Source: Tubiluchus corallicola
Lineage: Eukaryota; Animalia; Priapulida
DNA: 64,000 nucleotides
Assembly: GCA_030141605.1 (NCBI GenBank)
Contig: JAQGDQ010000003.1
Coordinates: forward strand, 1,240,001 to 1,304,000
Direction of reading: 5' to 3'
The notes under the pieces are model-generated. The model saw only the letters and a list, made by a program, of their open reading frames with translations. It had not been told where the DNA came from and searched no databases. Positions 45,401 through 59,900 of this stretch are shown here, piece by piece. Within the stretch, counting starts at the first letter, position 1, and every line of letters begins with the position of its first letter. Made by a program: the position numbers and the translations under genes.

Positions 45401-46853
45401 GCGTGAGCACAACAGTAAATTTGAAATTTGAATTTTTATCTAAAAACACTTGCCTAGTTTTAGTACAACACACTGACTATCTTACAGTAGCACTGTACTC
45501 CAATTTTCGCTTTCGCAAACACCTGCAACACGCTCGTGGAATATTTTTGCTGTTGAAAATTATGTTAGTTTGTGATGTCATCAATAGTTAGGCTTGCCCG
45601 CCGTTAATTAAGTTTTTAATCTATTATATTAATTATCAGAAACGACGTTAATTGTATTAAAATGTATACTTTTACCGGAATTGAAAATGGGGTAGTATAT
45701 GAAAAATCATTCTGTTTTCCTTTAACGAAAAGCCAAAACTTTGACTATTTTGTCGGCGAAATATAAGGCGACAAAATTTTGACTATTAAAGGAGGCGAAA
45801 GTGCATATGTAATTGCGCAGGTTAAAAACCTAAAAAAATAGGATTAGCCTTCACTAGCAAACATTATATAGGTTGACAAACTTATGTGAAAAAATCTGAG
45901 ATCTAATTACGTAGATTTCAATTTTCATTTAAAAATATCTTTGGGACCTCAGTTAAGTAAAATTCTAAAATTTGGTGTTGTGCAGTTTGCACAAGACCAA
46001 GACAAAACAATCTTAATGATAGTTAACCAGAATGACGTTATAGGAAAAGATTCTACTATTATAATTACAAAGTAAAAATGAGGTAAACGCCTACAATACT
46101 TCATGTGCAGAAGAGAAATTCATATAATGCCACAGTGATACATTTCTTTCAATATGTAGATTGAAATGATCAGCGAAAGCCATTTTTCTCCACTTCGTGT
46201 TAATGAAGACCAATTCGTCCGGCGACATTTTTTGATTGACTAAAAATGGCGGCCTGGTGTCCAGTAGGTTTGAATCGGTAAAACAATATTAATTTTACTT
46301 ATAGTTTCATTTAATTTTCGATTGCACTAGGCAAGAATTCAATGCTTTTTGTAAAATTGTGTCACAAACACACTTTATATCGCTGTCTCTTTCTGTCACC
46401 AAACCCCAAATTTCTCGTTGACATCTTTATTGAATCTGTGACGTTCTTTGTTCATAACAAGAGCTGTAAGAACGTAACGTCAATCGAATGTTTATAATTA
46501 TTATTATTTTCATAAAATAGTAACGATAAAATTGTCGTTTTTGGTAATCGACATAGAAACGACGTGACTATAACAATGATGACGACTTTATAATCATCAC
46601 TCCATTGCCTCACATTTTACTATGGATTTAGCAACTATAAAGGAATAAAACTGATCCTAGACTTCACATTTTATTGTTCATTCAGCAGCTGAGAATTAAT
46701 ATAAGTTAGCACTTTTACTGTCTTTGCGACGCGTTCTTATATGCCAAAATATGTCGTTTAGTTACAGAAAACATTTATATAGCCCTTTCGGTTTCAACCA
46801 TAAAATTCATCATTATATCATTACATTAACAGCTGACCGCCGTGACCAATATT

Positions 46854-47340
46854 TCAACAAAAGTTTATGATGGAATGAATTGCCCATTTTTCTATAAACT
46901 CACTTTTACTATTTGACCCTTTGCTCAGTTGCCGTTTGCTGTTGAATGATAAACATCTCCTGGGAAACGAGAAGCTGATGATGGAAGGCTTATCACAAAT
47001 AATAGGACTGCTCTTAATTTGTGTAAGTATGAAATCTAAATCATTTTCGATGCCATTCTTTACCTCAAAAATAAATAAGATACTCAGTATTTGCGGAGTT
47101 AAATATAGCTTTAGTAAATACATAAAAAATATATCCAACAAATATTTTTCCTTTTATTCACCATTTAAAAAACTGAGGTCTGTTACGATATTGGCTAAGT
47201 AAACATTTCTTTCACGTTTTAGTGATTTTGTAGTGATTTAATGACTACTAATTTTGTAACGCCGTACTTTGCTTTTGCAATTTTTGTAGCCTTTTACTAA
47301 CGTAATAATTTTACTATTCCGAAAATTCATCAATCCCTTT
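46854..47340 (-). pseudogene. Possible decayed L1/Tx1-type LINE ORF2 C-terminal fragment
   Basis: Minus-strand ORF ..DLDFILTQIK..CDKPSIISF..KSEFIEKW resembles my recollection of Tx1 ORF2 ends; unverified. Confidence 0.25.
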
Positions 47341-47507
47341 CACTTATGTTCATTTAATATCAATCAAAGAATATTTTCTTGAAATTACTGATTGCCTTAA
47401 AACACAACCTCAATAATGGTAATGATTTATTATTAGTCTTTTGCATGTCAAAATTAAAAAACGAAATCTATAAAAAGAGAAAAAAACAGACAATAACAAA
47501 ACCAAAA

Positions 47508-47570
47508 ATGTTTTACCGTAAGAGGAAGGACTTCCTGCAAAACCTTGTCATTTTTTCCATCATTTTGTAT
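47508..47570 (+). CDS. Gene 3 coding exon 1 (probable)
   Basis: AAAATG context, basic then hydrophobic peptide, GTAAGT at 47571, phase 0 as in the paralogs. Confidence 0.65.
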
Positions 47571-50500
47571 GTAAGTTAAACTCCTTAGTAACAACATTTA
47601 TTGCGCTCAATAGTGTCAAATTTATTATTGTGTCAAATATCATACAGTTCTAGTAATGTGAGCAAAATAACGTGAAAAATTGCATGTGCACCATACCCAT
47701 ACACAGGTCTGTACAATTGAAACAGCAGCAGACTTTTATTACATATTATTCTAAAACTAGGAAGACGTAAACCAGTGTGGTCAAAAATTTGAAATCTTTG
47801 GTGATAAATGCTGCTGGTAAAGTACAAACGTGGTGAGCGACACATCTGCACGAAAATTTACAATTATGTCTTTTTAAAGAACTCATTGCATAAAGTAGAA
47901 CTTTCCTAAGATTCCCTTTTGGAAGTATTTATTTTCCGAATTTAAAGGTCAACCTTGTGTAGGCATTCCATACGGACGTTTCCGTATAGGTAAGACATAG
48001 CTAAGTCACAGCTATAGCTAAGACACTTCCGCCAGTTCACTGAGTTCGTTGTATAATCTCAGAATGTATTTCTAACGGAGCGTTTAGGCTAGAGCATCTT
48101 CTCTCGAGAGTTCTCTCTGAAAATAAACTCGCAAGTGTGAACGGCTTTGCGAGTTCTCTCGGCATATTATTGCAAACTCTCCGAGAGTTGCGGAGAGTTC
48201 TTTCACGCATTTCTTGCAGACAAGCTCTATTCATTGCGAGCATTCTCAGAGAGAACTCTCGAGAGAAAACTTTCTAGGCTGAATGCGCCGTAATAGTGAG
48301 CGAGATTTTCTTATAAATGAAAACCATAAATTTTTATTTGTGTGGATTGTAAAATAATCCTTGTGCAGTTTCTTTCTTAGTTTAGTTTGTCATATGATCG
48401 CAGTAGAATACACAATTATGTATAGTATTTTTGTCTTGCGGATAAATCTGGCAGGGGATTTTCAAAAATCTAAATTTAATTTATCGTTGTTATCTAGCCT
48501 GTTGTTTTTGTAAACGGAAAAGGATATGGGAAAATAACGACCGATCAACCGACATACATCTATTTCAAACGATTCACCATCCCATACGAAGATTTGTACG
48601 AATCAACTTACACAGACCACTACGTATTTCGAACTCCTGCACCAGAATGCAATGGTTACGGCTGCAAAAAAGGATATTCAACGAATAAAGATTCGCCTTA
48701 CGTCTATTTTAAACGATTTACAATACCTTATGAAGATCTTTATGAATCAACCTTGGAAGATCACTACATATTCCACACGCCCGTTCCACATAGCAAAACT
48801 TCAAAAGAGAGTGAAGGAGATGGATATAATTGCAGGGGTTATGGTTGCAGAACTGGCAGTTCAAATAGCAACAATCAACGACAAACCACAGGAAGTGGTT
48901 ATGGAACCAATCCATTTACTCAACATTCCGGGCAATATTATGCCCCGCTAGAAGCTAAACTGCATTTTAAAAACAATTTTGACACTAGAGGAGCTGTCAC
49001 CTCACTAGATAACAAAAGTACTAGAAATTCTAGAAAAATGCCGCGAAGATTTCGCAATGGCGGCCGATACCGGCCAAGGCAAACTAAATATGCCCCTAGC
49101 ATCTACAGCAATTATGGCACAGATGACAATGTGAGTTATAGGCCACTAACATATGCAGAACAGCCATACAACGTCGATAGGAATTTTAGGCCTGCGCCAG
49201 CCACACCACAATCTGCAGGACACAAAACATACGGAATAAGTGGAAACGTAAAACCAGAACAACCTGGCACATCAAGCGTTGGACAGCAGTCATTTGGAAT
49301 TAAAGGCAATGTCAGTCCGCTACAAGATGGAACACCTATTGGAGGACATAAATCATATGGAATAGAAGGAAATGTCAATCCACTGAAAGCATCTGCCAGA
49401 AGACTTGGTGTGAACAAGGAAATCAGCGGATTTAAAGATGGAAACATTAAGCACAAAGATAAACATGGTAACAGTGGATATGGAGTTGGTGGCGGAATTG
49501 GTGGAACATATGCTGGTGGATATGGAGGTGGAGGAGCTGCTAAGGGTTACGAATACAATTATGGATCCGGTTATGGTGAGAAAGGCGGTTATCTTGGTGC
49601 AGGACATGGCAAAGGACGTGGTGGCTTTCAACAGGGTCGTCAGTATGGTGTGAGAAACCTTGAACTTTATGGTGAGGCATCTGAGGAGATCGAAAATTCA
49701 GATGAAGGAAATGTTGATTTGCTTGAAGAAGATACTAACTTGCAAAGCTACAGAACTTCAGGTGTATATGGTGGTGGAAGCAACACAGGGAGCAGCGGAG
49801 GACACAGTGGTGGTTATGGAACTGGGGTTGGAGTAGGTATATATCCTGGCTATTCGAGTGGCAACAGCGGACATGGAAGTCACGGTTATTCACAGCCAGC
49901 ACGCACAGCAGGTTATTCACAGCCAGCACACACAGCAGGATATTCACAGCCAACACACACAGCAGGATATTCACGTCCCGTTCAAGGGCAAGTCTATAAT
50001 AAAGCCCAATCACATTTGGTTAGACCTAATAATCAAAACGCAGTTTCCCCTCAGTACAAAGTGAGTGCTCCCATTGATCCATATTCCAGGCCACAACAAA
50101 ACCAACAAAATGTTGGCTACACTACAGCAACAAGTCAAAACAGGAAAAATACTGTTGAAGGCTTTGCAACAAACTGCCATGGAAATCAGCGCTTCATCTC
50201 GGTAAATCTAAAGCTCGCAAAAGGCTCCTCTGGAAACGTGTTCACTCGTGGATATTATGGCATCCCACAATGTTCAGTGATTGCGTCTAGCAGTAACGTC
50301 TTATTTAACATCCCAATGGATGGATGTGGAACCAGAGAGGTACCTTCAGATGTAAGTAGCGAAACATTCTCCCATTTAATAGTAAAATACGTAAATACAA
50401 AAATGCAAATTTTGTTTAACTATCTTTTTTTAACTATCTGTAGCACTGATTGTGCAAAGTCACTTAACCGAAAATATCTATAATAGCCAATTATTTACAT

Positions 50501-53395
50501 GTTTATATTACTGTTAGCCATTTTTCAGTGTGACAATCTTCTAGATAACAACTACTAAATGATCATATAACATAACAATAATAATAATCTTGATGATGAT
50601 GATGATATTATGATGATGATTATGACGATGATGATGAGGATGATGATGATGATGATGATGATGATAATAACAATAATAATAATAATAATAATAATAATTT
50701 CGTTTAAACCATTGTCCAGAGATAATACCTTATGTAACTCAATTCTTATTTCCAAGGTTGCCCGATTTTTATTACCAGCATGTTACCTCAATAAAGCCAC
50801 GTCTAAGAACCAGCGGTATCATTTTTAAGTCTTTGGCATAACTCGGTCGGGAGTTGAACCCGCGACCTCCATGATGGAAAGTGAGCACGCTACTATTGAG
50901 CCTGTATTAACAATCTGTATAAAATTATAGTTGCTTTCCATATACTTTCCATAATTCTCACTAATGATATTTTAGGATGTGGGTGGCTACAGATATTCAA
51001 ACACGTTGGTGTTTATGGCTGATGGCAGCAACGTTTTGTCACCCGGAGATGAGGCTATTTCAATCTTTTGCGAAACCACGCCTACACCTACTAAGCTGAG
51101 CGCCCAAACAAAGCCACTTCTTTCTTTGAAAATTTCCAAAGGAGAAGATCCAAGTTCGCCGCCATCACAAGGACTGTCAGTGGGTGAAAAAGGGACATTG
51201 TCAATTATTCATCAGTCGAACCGTAAGTGACAGTTACTCAAAAAAGATCTTCGAATTTTCTGTTCATAGACTATAATCGAAATTTTACATGCAATATTAC
51301 ACGACAATCTGTGAATTGTGTGAATTTAAACTACACAGTTTACTAAACGTCATCAGCGTTATAACATAATATTTTCGTAGCAAATGGTTTTAAAAATTTG
51401 AAATTAGAATCTGAACCCCAATTATATTTAATATAATTGCATTAGATGAAGACATACAGTGTATGGCCTTAAACAAAGGTTTTAATAATTTATCTTATGC
51501 AGCGTGGAAAGAAACTGCGTAATAGTAACCAAGCCTCACCAAATATTTTCTAGCAAACTGGGACGTTGCTGTAAGTAACTGCATTGCTCATGACGGCCTA
51601 GGAGAAAATAAAGTGCTTCTTATCGACGAACATGGCTGTTCGGCTCATAATCATGAGCACGTCTCACCCATACGAGAAAGCACGACAATTAATGGTGATG
51701 TGATTCATTACACCAACTTTCAAGCCTTCAAATTCCCAGATAGAGAGAATGTTTATTTTCAATGCACAACAGAAGTGTGCAGAAACAAATGCCCGAAGGT
51801 AAGGAAACGAAACTGCTCGTCATTCTTAACTCTAAATATACCTACATGGTTAAATTAAAATTTGTCCCAGTTTTAGTGTTTTAATGCTATCAAATTCCAC
51901 TTTAGTTAAAAACAACAATGTTATAATTGAGCTTATTATTCAAACTTGAGTCTGTCTCTTGGCTGCAAAAAAACAAAACATCCTTTCCTTAATTCACAAA
52001 TGCAATTTTTATCTACAAATGTTTAGCCGATTTATTAAAAAATTGATAAAAATTCTTCCTATCGTTTGCGATCTGAAATGAGAATCGTTTGCCATCAGAA
52101 ATGCATGACCTGCTATCGTATAGTTGCATAGCTATTGTCTCCATAAAAATATTCAACTACAAAGTTAATGTATGGTTTGACTACTTACAAAGATAAATAG
52201 CTGGGACGTATATAAATGTTCAGTTACAAAGTCAATGTATGGTCTGACTATTTGCAAAGAAAAATAACTAGGGCGTAGGTATGCCTCCACTAAAAACTTT
52301 AACTTGGTAATTTTGTTGTAGACAAACTGCGAAGGAATTCGTCAAAAACGAACAACCAATGTGTCATGGGACAAAAATGAAGTAGAAGGAGAACAAGAAG
52401 TTTTCAGAGGATTAACCATAACACTACCAGGAGAAATAATAAACGTGGATGTACTAAATTGTAAGTTCGTCATTAAATATAGTGAAATTGTCAGATGGTA
52501 GGAGCAATGTCCTCGCACTACCCATTGGCTACTAATTGATAATTTGTGCAATGAAATGACTTCAATAAGCTATGTATCGCGGATAAAACGGTTTTACCTC
52601 GCAAAGGCTGGGGAAACGAGTAAAATAGTAATCATTATACACTGTATTAATATTACTGCCTGAAGTGCAAAAGAGACGTATTAGCAGTCATATAGTAATG
52701 TCATACGCCTTGTTAATGTCGGACAATGTGTACAAGCTTTAATAAAACTAAAAAAAAATAGTACTGGTATGCGTTATTACTTTATTAATTATTAATAAAA
52801 TTACGTTTTCTCACTTTATTAATTATTAATAAAGGAAAAGCAGAAACAGCGTCTAGACACTGTGTTATACTTAATAAAGAAAGGAAAAATAACATCTACA
52901 AAAACTACTAGCTAGTGCAGGACATTAGCCCATTTTATGCCAAATTTCAGACTGTTTACTATTTGAGGAATCATAAACTGTGATAGCTTGCTTCATACAT
53001 TCTGGGTTCTTCTAATAACACACTGCAAGTACAAACAATTTCTGTTCCTGTGCATGATCAGATCAACTGGCCACAAACATACAAGCGTAACTAAGTAAAA
53101 TAAAAAAGCAACAATAGCGAATCAATACTAATCTTATTGCAGTGCATTTCATAACTCTCTTGTTTTATATGGACCTGAGTTTAAAACAAAATGGTCAACT
53201 GAACAGTGTACTACAAAATTCACATAATACAATCTAAACTGACATTTTTTTCTTTCAGCTTGGAGTACAGGTGAAGAGATGTGCTTATCAAAAACTGAAT
53301 TTGCAATTGCTATTGTTGCCTTCATAGGATTCATACTCATAGCTGTCGTCGTATGCATTATCACGTGTGTTAGAGTCACTAGAAACAAGGATTAG
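47508..53395 (+). CDS. Gene 3: ZP-domain single-pass membrane protein with duplicated N-motif and short peptide repeats, about 894 aa
   Basis: join(47508..47570,48498..50351,50976..51222,51554..51798,52322..52460,53259..53395). Signal-like MFYRKRKDFLQNLVIFSIILYPVVFVNG; ZP Cys pattern; RQKR furin site; TM helix FAIAIVAFIGFILIAVVVCIITCV; TAG ends 53395. Confidence 0.87.
48076..48290. mobile_element. PIF/Harbinger-like MITE in gene 3 intron 1
   Basis: TAA on both flanks (48073-48075, 48291-48293); TIRs cggagcgtttaggctag..tctctcgagagttctctctga and tcagagagaactctcgagaga..ctaggctgaatgcgccg. Confidence 0.65.
48498..50351 (+). CDS. Gene 3 coding exon 2
   Basis: Acceptor tatctag ends 48497; in frame with ORF 48594..50483; donor GTAAGT at 50352. 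Confidence 0.9.
50578..50903 (-). mobile_element. Second copy of the same SINE in gene 3 intron 2
   Basis: GGCTCAATAGTAG and GGTTCAACTCC boxes; shared taactcaat.cttatttccaaggt and agaaccagcgg; (AAT/GAT)n tail. Confidence 0.65.
50976..51222 (+). CDS. Gene 3 coding exon 3
   Basis: DVGGYRYSNTLVFM..DEAISIFC; ttttag acceptor and GTAAGT donor, phase 1. Confidence 0.88.
51554..51798 (+). CDS. Gene 3 coding exon 4 (245 bp)
   Basis: NWDVAVSNCIAHDG..FQAFKFPDRENVYFQC; donor GTAAGG at 51799. Confidence 0.92.
52322..52460 (+). CDS. Gene 3 coding exon 5
   Basis: TNCEGIRQKRTT..QEVFRGLTITLPG; ttgtag acceptor, GTAAGT at 52461. Not in the supplied ORF track. Confidence 0.85.
53259..53395 (+). CDS. Gene 3 coding exon 6 (TM helix, stop)
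   Basis: tctttcag ends 53258; WSTGEEMCLSKTEFAIAIV..RVTRNKD stop. Not in the supplied ORF track. Confidence 0.85.
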
Positions 53396-56300
53396 TGAAT
53401 CTTTTCATTAGTCAACTGTTATATGAAACGCAGTAATGACTAAATTATCATTTACGTCAGTAACTAATTAATGATATCGTAATAATTAATTCATTTTGCT
53501 CGTTACATCTTTGAGCATTCATTTGTAAGTATGATCATTCATTTGTTGAAATACATGAAATGTTATAATGAACAGTTATATAGTGTTATTTTTTCATTTT
53601 AAATGATATGAAGTGCCGATCAATATTTTGCAGCTGGAATTCTCCCCAGCCACAAAACATAGCAACTTATTACAACTACAATTATTTAAGGTCATTTTAT
53701 AGCATAGTTATATAATCATCAGTTCCATTCAATTTTATTTATTTTTCTTTTTTGTACACTATCGAACAATCATTATTAATATGGTTATTAGGTAGGTCAC
53801 GAAAATTTATTACAGTAAAAAGTTACAAAGCTAGAAAACGGATAGCGAAAGGACTTTAGAAGTCACCTAATCTGCTATTCTTTACTGGGTATAGAAAACG
53901 ATCAATAGACACTGGCGAGCATGTAAATTTACTGGTGACAGTTTAATTTAGGAAACATTAATACATGTTTAAAATTATAGCATTTACTGTTATTGCTTAA
54001 CAATATACAATATAAGTAAACGACGAATATGACGCCAGAGTTGACCAAACTGAAAGTAAGGTTGACAGATTGTAAATTAATTAGTGCAATAAACATGGGC
54101 AACATGGTCCTATATCGCAACATACACAAGCTTCGCGAGACAGTTAATAAAACAGTAAATAAATTAGTTGCAGCCTATTTTGGCCACAAAATTTATACAG
54201 TTGAAATTGTTATAGATGATGAAAAATTAAGCAACTTCTGTAATAAAACAAAAATTAGGGTGCATCTCTCTTCTAGAAATATCGACGTTGACACAAACTA
54301 ACTACATGCGCAACAATTTGAATTAAACCAGAATCAATCAAGGGATGAGTTGAAGGTGGCACTAAGACATAGAAAAACATAGGCTGACAACAACATTTGA
54401 ATACTCTATGACAAAACTTAGCAATTTGAACATTTTGACCACAACACATCACAATATTTAACTGTGGGTAGTGTTATTGGATAAGCATTCAAGCAGTCAC
54501 AGTTATATACGTCATAATTTTCAAGTGAATGGGACAGCTTGCATGAAAGTTTCCATAAAGCAGTAGTATAAATTAACTTTATGTTCTATAGGCAATTTTT
54601 TGCAAATTTCTTTGCTGCATTTTTCTAAGTATTAGTGATGGCAAGTAAAATAAACTCAACATTCTAAGTGACTTGTCCTTTGACTGGTTTTCTTTAATAA
54701 TTATTGCCACATAATGATTATCGCATAATGCTGAAAAATTTGTTACAAACTGGCGAATTTAGTGATTCGCTACATAGCGGATTTTTGTTTACATTATACA
54801 CAACGAACGTTACTTATGGCTCTCCACACAAACACACGAATAAGAGGATAATCCGAGGTGGCTCTAGTAACTGCTAAAAATGCTTCATGGGTAGCGCAAT
54901 AAATTCTGTTCTGAAGATACTGCCTCTACATATAGTAAACGGAATGAGGCACTCTTGCTTATGCTCATTTACCTTAGACAAGAAAGAGGACGGCACCTAC
55001 GACTCTATCACCACATCACTGTCGAGTAAGAAGTCACATTCATACTGGGGATGTGCTAGGGCTAGTCATAAACAAAGACCTAGATTCTTGAAAAGCATGA
55101 TGTTGAGGTTTAGCTACAGAAAAAGCTGTTTAACGAGTAAATTTAAAAATGGAAGGCAGTCATTATTCTAGAAAACTTCAAACCTGCGGAATATGATCAG
55201 AGCCCAGATTGGTTTTGTTCACACACGTTTCTGGGTTGGAGCCAGATAAGAAGAGCTTCGATTTTGGAGGGTCTGTTTTAACGCTTTGAGAGATAACACC
55301 ATGGCTTTCGACATTGGTACGTTTTGCGTTCTACATCAACTACTGTACTGCTATTTGTATTACAAAATCGCCAGGGATATATCAGTTCAGGCGTTAAATA
55401 TCATATTTATATATCAGCCTTTAAAGTTACAAGTAATTCTCGAAACAGGGGCAACTAGAACAACAGCAATAGTGGCAATAAACACACAACAAGCAGCAAA
55501 TGATGGAAGACGGCGATGATGATGACGGTGGCGACGATAATAACAATGATGATGGTGATGATTGTGATTGCTCTGATCGCAGCTAGTAATGATGGTAACA
55601 ACACAACTTAGTTTAAAAGCGCTTTAAAATAAGTAATTTTTCTCAGATAGAGCTAAATACTATCTGCGCTTCAAAAGAATGTTATAGCCTTAAAATTATG
55701 TTTCAGGCAGTAGGCGTTTTGTTCATCAAAACAAATACACATTTCTAAAGACAATGTTTCGAGAGAGATGCGCGTTTCATTCCTGCAAGTCAATAATCTC
55801 GTTTCTTTGAGATAATATGAAAATACGAAAATCTAACTTACATCCCTATTAGATTAATTACCTCTTTCAAAATACTATTAATTAACTTCCATAATATAGT
55901 ATTTCGTTCACTCAAAATAATTATTTACTCCCGCAAACTTTTTTTGCTAAAAATAATATCTACTACTCAAAAAACTCGAAAACTACTTGAAAATTATAAT
56001 TATGTTATCAAGTGAAACGGCCAGTACTAAAGTGCGTACATCTCCATTTGACTAATATTCTCGTGACACTACGGTCTTTCACTCCTTGCTTTGTTTAGCT
56101 TCTGCGTTTGATAGATTTTTTTACGTATTCTGCATAATAAGTAAAAATTTTGCATAAGGGTTTAAATAGCTGTACGCATAAGATTTTTCTCTCATACAAT
56201 TGATTTCGTTTTAGTCACTGGGTGAGGGAATAGCTAGGAAAGTTAATAAATGGATAGATGACTAGCAGGAAAATTGGTTTTTGACTATTGTCTCTAGCTA

Positions 56301-56919
56301 ATTCCTTGTTGAGGATGCATACATATCCGATTACGATTCAGACACATCCTTTACCGGCTCAGTATCTTACCTTAGAAGATTATTCTTGAGATTCAGTTAG
56401 GTTCCGGAACTGCCTCAACATAATAAATAAACCCTCCTGTTAAGGTTCGGATTGCAGCGTTACTGAATTGTATCAAAAAATTAAACGTCAGGCAGTCCGT
56501 GAAAAACCATTTGGGAAACTTACAATGTCTTTCAGAAACAAAATCTTCTGTTCAACAGCCCCTTTGTTTTGCAAACTCATTGTTTGTTAAATGAGCCTGA
56601 CAGCTATCTAGAAATTATTGCGGTCAACATAATGATACTTATGACCAGAACTAATTCTAGGCGTGACGTAGTTGTGGGCCGAAAAAATAATTTTCCGCTT
56701 CTGAGAAACAAATCATTAGATATCAGCGTACTCCGTAAAACCCTCAAGTGATATCGGGGACAAAAAATTGCAACGAGTTTATGTTTCAATACTTGTTCAA
56801 TAAAACCTATTAACCCTCTTATAGGGGCGGCGCACTTGTTACAAAATTTAGTTGTGGTAAAAGTTCTTGAGGCTATATCAAGTCAATCGAGTCACTTTCG
56901 CTGTTAAGCGCATGTGAAG

Positions 56920-56964
56920 ATGCTTTATAGCAAATGTATTGCAATACTGCAGCTATTGACATAT
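56920..56964 (+). CDS. Gene 4 coding exon 1 (probable)
   Basis: MLYSKCIAILQLLTY then GTAAGT at 56965, phase 0. Confidence 0.7.
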
Positions 56965-59900
56965 GTAAGTATACTTCATTTATTAACTTCTATTATAGAT
57001 TTTGTAAAATTATAAATGAATCACAATCAAAGGCTCTGAACATAAACTCGTTGTTTTACTGTTTATTTTTTGTTATTATATAAACGCTGTAGCCTACCCC
57101 TTATAATTATGATAGAGGCCTATAAATGCTGTACGTAGGAATTAAAGCATTCTTTGTACTAAACGAACACTGTGATTTTGTCAGAAACTCAGTTTGGTAA
57201 TAGATTCTGATGCAGGTACAGCAATAGATACAGGTGAAATTTATTAGACTGAACTTAATTTTGGTCTTTATGTGCAAAAAGAACAACAGAAAAAAGAAAA
57301 AGATTGAGATAAGTACATGTGAAATTAAAGCTGCTTTTCACATGTTGTATACCTGAAACAGCAATCAAGACACTGGATTAATATGTGCGCAGAATTTTTA
57401 TTATTCACATTATGATATATGCTACGAATAACGAAGATGTTTTTAATAGTAATAACATTAGTATATTGAGAAATGCGAGGCCTGCTATTAAAAAATTTTA
57501 ATATGGCCTATATGCGTTTTAGTGTTACATATTAGTATCTAGAAATGATCTGTGAAACTCAACGACGAGAGATTACGTAATAAAGAACAAACGTTACGTA
57601 CGACACGACAAATAAACTAGTATATAGTTCCTTATACAGAGGTTAACGATACACTCTGCTGAATCAATACAGAATAATTACCCCAAAGCTTATATAGAGT
57701 AAAAAAGAATCGTAAAAGAAATTATTAATGAATGAAAACATGTTCAAGTGTAATTAACCGAAGCAGTAAATAATGCGGCCCATTTGCGCTTCATTCACAG
57801 GAGGCTACTGCGTGTTCAGTTTTATTTACCTGAAGCGTAACAAGACCTGTTGCCTAGACGGATCTTAGGTAATCAGGTTGCTAAAGAACAAAAACACCTG
57901 TGCCTCCAATATAGACCATGTGTGCATATCTCTCGATGATTTTCTCTTTTTACTATCTTGATAACAATCGTTATAACAAAAGTTGAAATTTCCAAAAACG
58001 TATTTCGATCGTTGCTTGTTTTTCACACAGGTTGTTCCTTTTGTGAGTAGCGCTGGTTACGACACTGTAACAAATCGTCCAACATACGTCTATTTCAAAC
58101 GACTCACCATCCCATACGAAGATCTCTATGAATCAACTTACACAGATCACTACGTATTTCGCACTCCTGCAGCAAAATGCAGAGATGATGACTGCAAAAA
58201 AATCAAAAAGCGATATTCAGCAAGCCAAGATTTTCCCTATGTCTATTTTAAACGATTTACAACACCTTACGAAGATCTTTATGAATCAACAATCGAAGAT
58301 CACTACATATTTCATACCGCAATCCCCCATTTCAAAGCCCCTCAGTGTAGTGACAATGGCTGCAGAAATTACGAAACAGTGCAGAATATATATGAAGCCA
58401 GTAATAGACGATCCCATGAGTGCAAATATGGATGCAGAAGGGACAGTTCTCGAAGACAGAGAAAAGGACGTAGGAATGCAAGTAATAACAAAATAACAAG
58501 ACACAATCTTGGTCCTACATATGTTGCACAAGAGGCTAGACTCCATGATAAAGTAGCAAAAAAGAAATTTGGTTTTCGAAGTTCAAAGAAAATCTATCCT
58601 ATACAGAAAGGCAGACGCTCCAATAATTTTTTTAAGCGCATGAACACTTCCGCAATCAAAACTAGAAATATATCTAATGGCAAACGGAACAGACAGAATG
58701 GGAGTCAAAAAGATACTGGACAGCAAATATTTGGAATAAAAGAAAATGTCAGCCCATTACAACATGGAAGACTTATTTGGAGGCATAAATCATATGGAAT
58801 TAAGGGAAATGTCAATCCCCTGCAAGCTTCTGCCAGAAGACTTGGTCTACAAAACAAATTTAACCACTTTACTGATGCCAACAAACATCAGGCAAGTTCG
58901 GGTTATGGAGTTGGTGGAGGAGTAGGAGGAACCTATGGAGCTGGTTATGGTGGCGGAGGTGGTACTAAAGGGTATCAGTACAACTACGGATCTGGTTATG
59001 AAGACAAAGGTGGATACGCCGGAGGTGGATATGGCAAAGGCCGTGGAGCATACCAAGCTGGTTTAATACTTGGAGAACAAATGGGTAAGGAAATAGGTCA
59101 GGCAAGTGCACAAATTCAAGATAATGAACAAGGAAACACAGCAGACCTCAGAGAAAAGGCCCATCAGTCAATTTATGATAGCCATGGTGCTTATGGAGGC
59201 GGAAGCTACACAGGAAATAGCGGTGGCCAGGTAGGTGGCTATGGGACTGGAGTAGGAGTAGGTATTTACCCAGGCTACTCATACAGCAATGCAGAAGATG
59301 CTTATTCACAGCCACAACACCGAACGATTTACACACTGCCAGCTGAATCCCGAGTTTATAAAAAAGCTCAGCCTATATTTACGGCAGAAAATAATCATAA
59401 CAAAATTACAATTTCACCAAATTTTAAAAGGTCTACTTTTATCAAATCATATCACGACGGACAAAACAGCGATGACATGAGAAACCAGAAAAGGCGTGTA
59501 AAAGGTTTCACCACTTACTGTGATACAAGCAAAAATGTCATCTCCGTGATCCTAAACCTTGGAAACGGAACTTCTGGAAAGGTGTTTACTCGTGGATATT
59601 TTAATGTTCCACGATGTTCCGTAAATGCATCACCGTACGATAGCAACATCTTACTCAATATTCCAATGGACGACTGCGGAACCTGGAAAGACTTTTCAAA
59701 TGTAAGTAATTTTACACCAGAGAAGTTTATTTAAACTGATGTAAAAGCAAACATGCAGTACTGATATAATCTAAAAAATAAAGAAAATACCGTTCTGTGC
59801 TTTGAATAAAAGATAAAATGACGACTATTTTTTCTGTAGAAAAATTGATTATTCATGAATAGTAAACAGCTACGTGACCACGATATATGCTTTGTATACC

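Noticed and set aside
52156-52278. Two imperfect direct repeats of about 55 bp in gene 3 intron 4
   Set aside because: Real but an ordinary local duplication with no coding or structural signal.
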